Part shown: positions 61,891 to 64,000 of the stretch, piece by piece
Layout: each line of letters opens with the position of its first letter
How positions within the stretch are numbered: position 1 is the first letter of the stretch
Assembly (NCBI GenBank): GCA_015680685.1
Contig: MNCI01000556.1
Span: forward strand, 1,783,731-1,847,730
DNA from: Gnetum montanum
Lineage: Eukaryota; Plantae; Gnetophyta
Reading direction: 5' to 3'
DNA: 64,000 nt
Notes under the pieces: model-generated
Seen by the model: the letters and a program-made list of their open reading frames with translations, nothing else
Databases searched by the model: none
Told to the model about the DNA's origin: nothing
Program-made: the position numbers and the translations under genes

Positions 61891-64000
61891 GTTATGTTAC
61901 ACAATTGGTGGTGGCTCTTTCAACTACAAAAGTAAAGTACATTACTAACAATATGTAAAGTAGCATTTGGCTAAAGAAAATCATGTGATGATTAGAAAAG
62001 ATATCAAGCAATAATATTCTTTAGTGAAAATCAACCTATCACATTCTTAACACATAATCTAATATTTCTTAGAGGTCAAAGCACATTCAAGTGAAGGGTC
62101 ACTTTATGTGAATTTAGGAAAGATTTTGTGTGTCATACAAAATTGACAAACACACTAGATAAAGCTACTTTAACTAAAGAACTTTAAATTTCATATGAAT
62201 TTCTAACAAATATAACAAAGATAAGCAAATAAAAATATGGGACTTGATGTGAAGGACATAGAAACAACCTTGGCTTAAGCTGAAAAAAATAATCTTGGCT
62301 CTTTCCTTGCTTCTTTTTGCATTTTATTTGCTTTTCTTCTTCTCTCTTTGAAGAGCCTCATTCCAAGTTAGGAAATTACAAACCATAATTTATTTTTAAT
62401 GCAAAGTAACATGTCCAAGATAAGCATAAATTCAATTATAATAATAAAACTAAAATCGAAACTGAAGATTTTATGATATATTAGATAGAAAGTACATTCA
62501 TCTCATAGAAAATAAAAATAGATTCAACAAAGTGGTGTGTAACAAAACTAATTCATACAAACCTTTCGCTGCAATATTATATTATTGATAGAGATGATAA
62601 GTTAAAGAATAAATAACAAATACATGGTACTCATTCTCAAGAGCTATTGATCCACAAAGCATGCATGTGTGTTCTTCTCTAATAAGATTAAGCCATCTCC
62701 TACTTTCTATTATAAGTCAATGTGAACTTAATTGAAGCTTGGTGATGAAGCTACAAGATCTAATTGGATTTTTTGCTATAAGATAGAAAACTTTTGATTC
62801 AAGCTGATTACATCTAATGTGCTCCAAGTAAAATTTTTTCTTTCCTTCCACATTTGACCATATTTGTTTGAGCACTTACTATTTAACTAACTTATCTATG
62901 TGTTTAGGAATATATTGCACTACTTCCAAGGAGAGATTCTACATTTTTAGCTCTTGTATCCTTGTTCTTTTGTGTATTCTAAAAATAGCTTTGGAAAATT
63001 TGGCTTGCTTATTTTCTAGTAGACTATAAATATAGCTAATGAATTTATAGCTAATGAATTGATAAAGAGCTTCAGCTTCTTATGAGAGTAAATCATATTC
63101 CAATGATAAAAATGCAAATAATAAAGCAAGCTTATGTTAAGTTTTTCATATTTAAGCTAATTTTAAATGTATATAAAAGACCTTAGGAGGACTTCTACTA
63201 ATTTTACATGTAGTATCACAAGCATGAAGATTGTGGGCACTTTACCCAAAGGTGCTAAAGCTAGATATGCTGTGAGATTGTAGAACAAGTTGCAATATCT
63301 TTGCTGTAATGGTGAATCCCTTTTCCTGAAGGGGAGCTTATTGCTTGCTGCACTAACATAAATCTTGGTGTATGTTGTGTTTTCTATTTTAACTTGTACG
63401 TTATTTTAGTTATTGTTATTTCACATTCACCATCTAGCATTCTTCAATTTTACTGCTGAGATATTGCCTTACCCCCATGACGTGAAAACGCAGGCTTGAG
63501 ACATCTTGTAACCAAGAAGCAAAAACAGTTTACAAGTGCAGATTCTTAATATAAGAAATCACTGATTTCTTGAGGTCCACTATCCACTGGCACGATGCAC
63601 AATCTCACGTGATCCAAGTCAAACAAAAGGAAAATTTGAAATTTGATTGCCATATGTGTCAGATGTTTCCCTAGAAGCCGTGTCAGATTTTACCCACATG
63701 CCTTAAATTGTTCAAGGAAAAAAGGCTGGATTTCTGGTAATTCCACCTGCAGAAACCCAAAACACACGGCGGCTTTAAGTTGGACGGTAGTTCTACGTTC
63801 TGAAATATATTTTCAAACAATTGAAATGTGGCATGACATTGTAATCCGAAAATGATAAATGATAAAAATATCAATAATCAGGGCTCATAATTCAATGTTT
63901 CAAACCATGAACCTGGTCATGATGATTCTTTTCACAAGTGTGACAATGATGCGCTTTTTACAGGTACGTGGCCCTTTGCAGCTTGCAGTTTTAAATATCA

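Noticed and set aside
62650-63340. Possible copia RNase H end and PPT (tgaaggggag)
   Set aside because: Similarity is too weak to support by eye, and no LTR was identified after it.

Overview
Repeat-dense land-plant nuclear DNA; the TE families and the gene are plant-type, but the species cannot be read from the sequence. About 1-39 kb is a nest of Ty3/gypsy LTR retrotransposons. An old Athila-like element A (+) holds a gag-only relative B (-, TSD CACTA) in its 5' LTR, and B holds another gag-only relative C (+, TSD TTAAC) in its 3' LTR. A 17.3-kb Tat/Ogre-like element D (-, 1437-bp LTRs, TSD ACCTC, extra archaeal-type RNase H) interrupts A's integrase. Main result: between protease and RT, element D carries an antisense 8-exon gene (27057-31185, +) with seven phase-consistent GT-AG introns. 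It encodes a ~1114-aa protein with an FCP1/NIF-like HAD phosphatase-fold domain with degenerate catalytic motifs, a plant-transposon-protein-like domain, a coiled coil and an acidic tail. In this copy it is broken only by nine stop codons of C>T type. The rest of the window holds a 5'-truncated L1, a near full-length L1 with a 14-bp TSD, an old L1 remnant, a truncated Ty1/copia, three tRNA-derived SINE-like copies, an N-bounded inverted repeat (probable assembly artefact) and a TIFY/JAZ gene with an atypical Jas degron. All domain calls are by-eye motif recognition; no database search was run.
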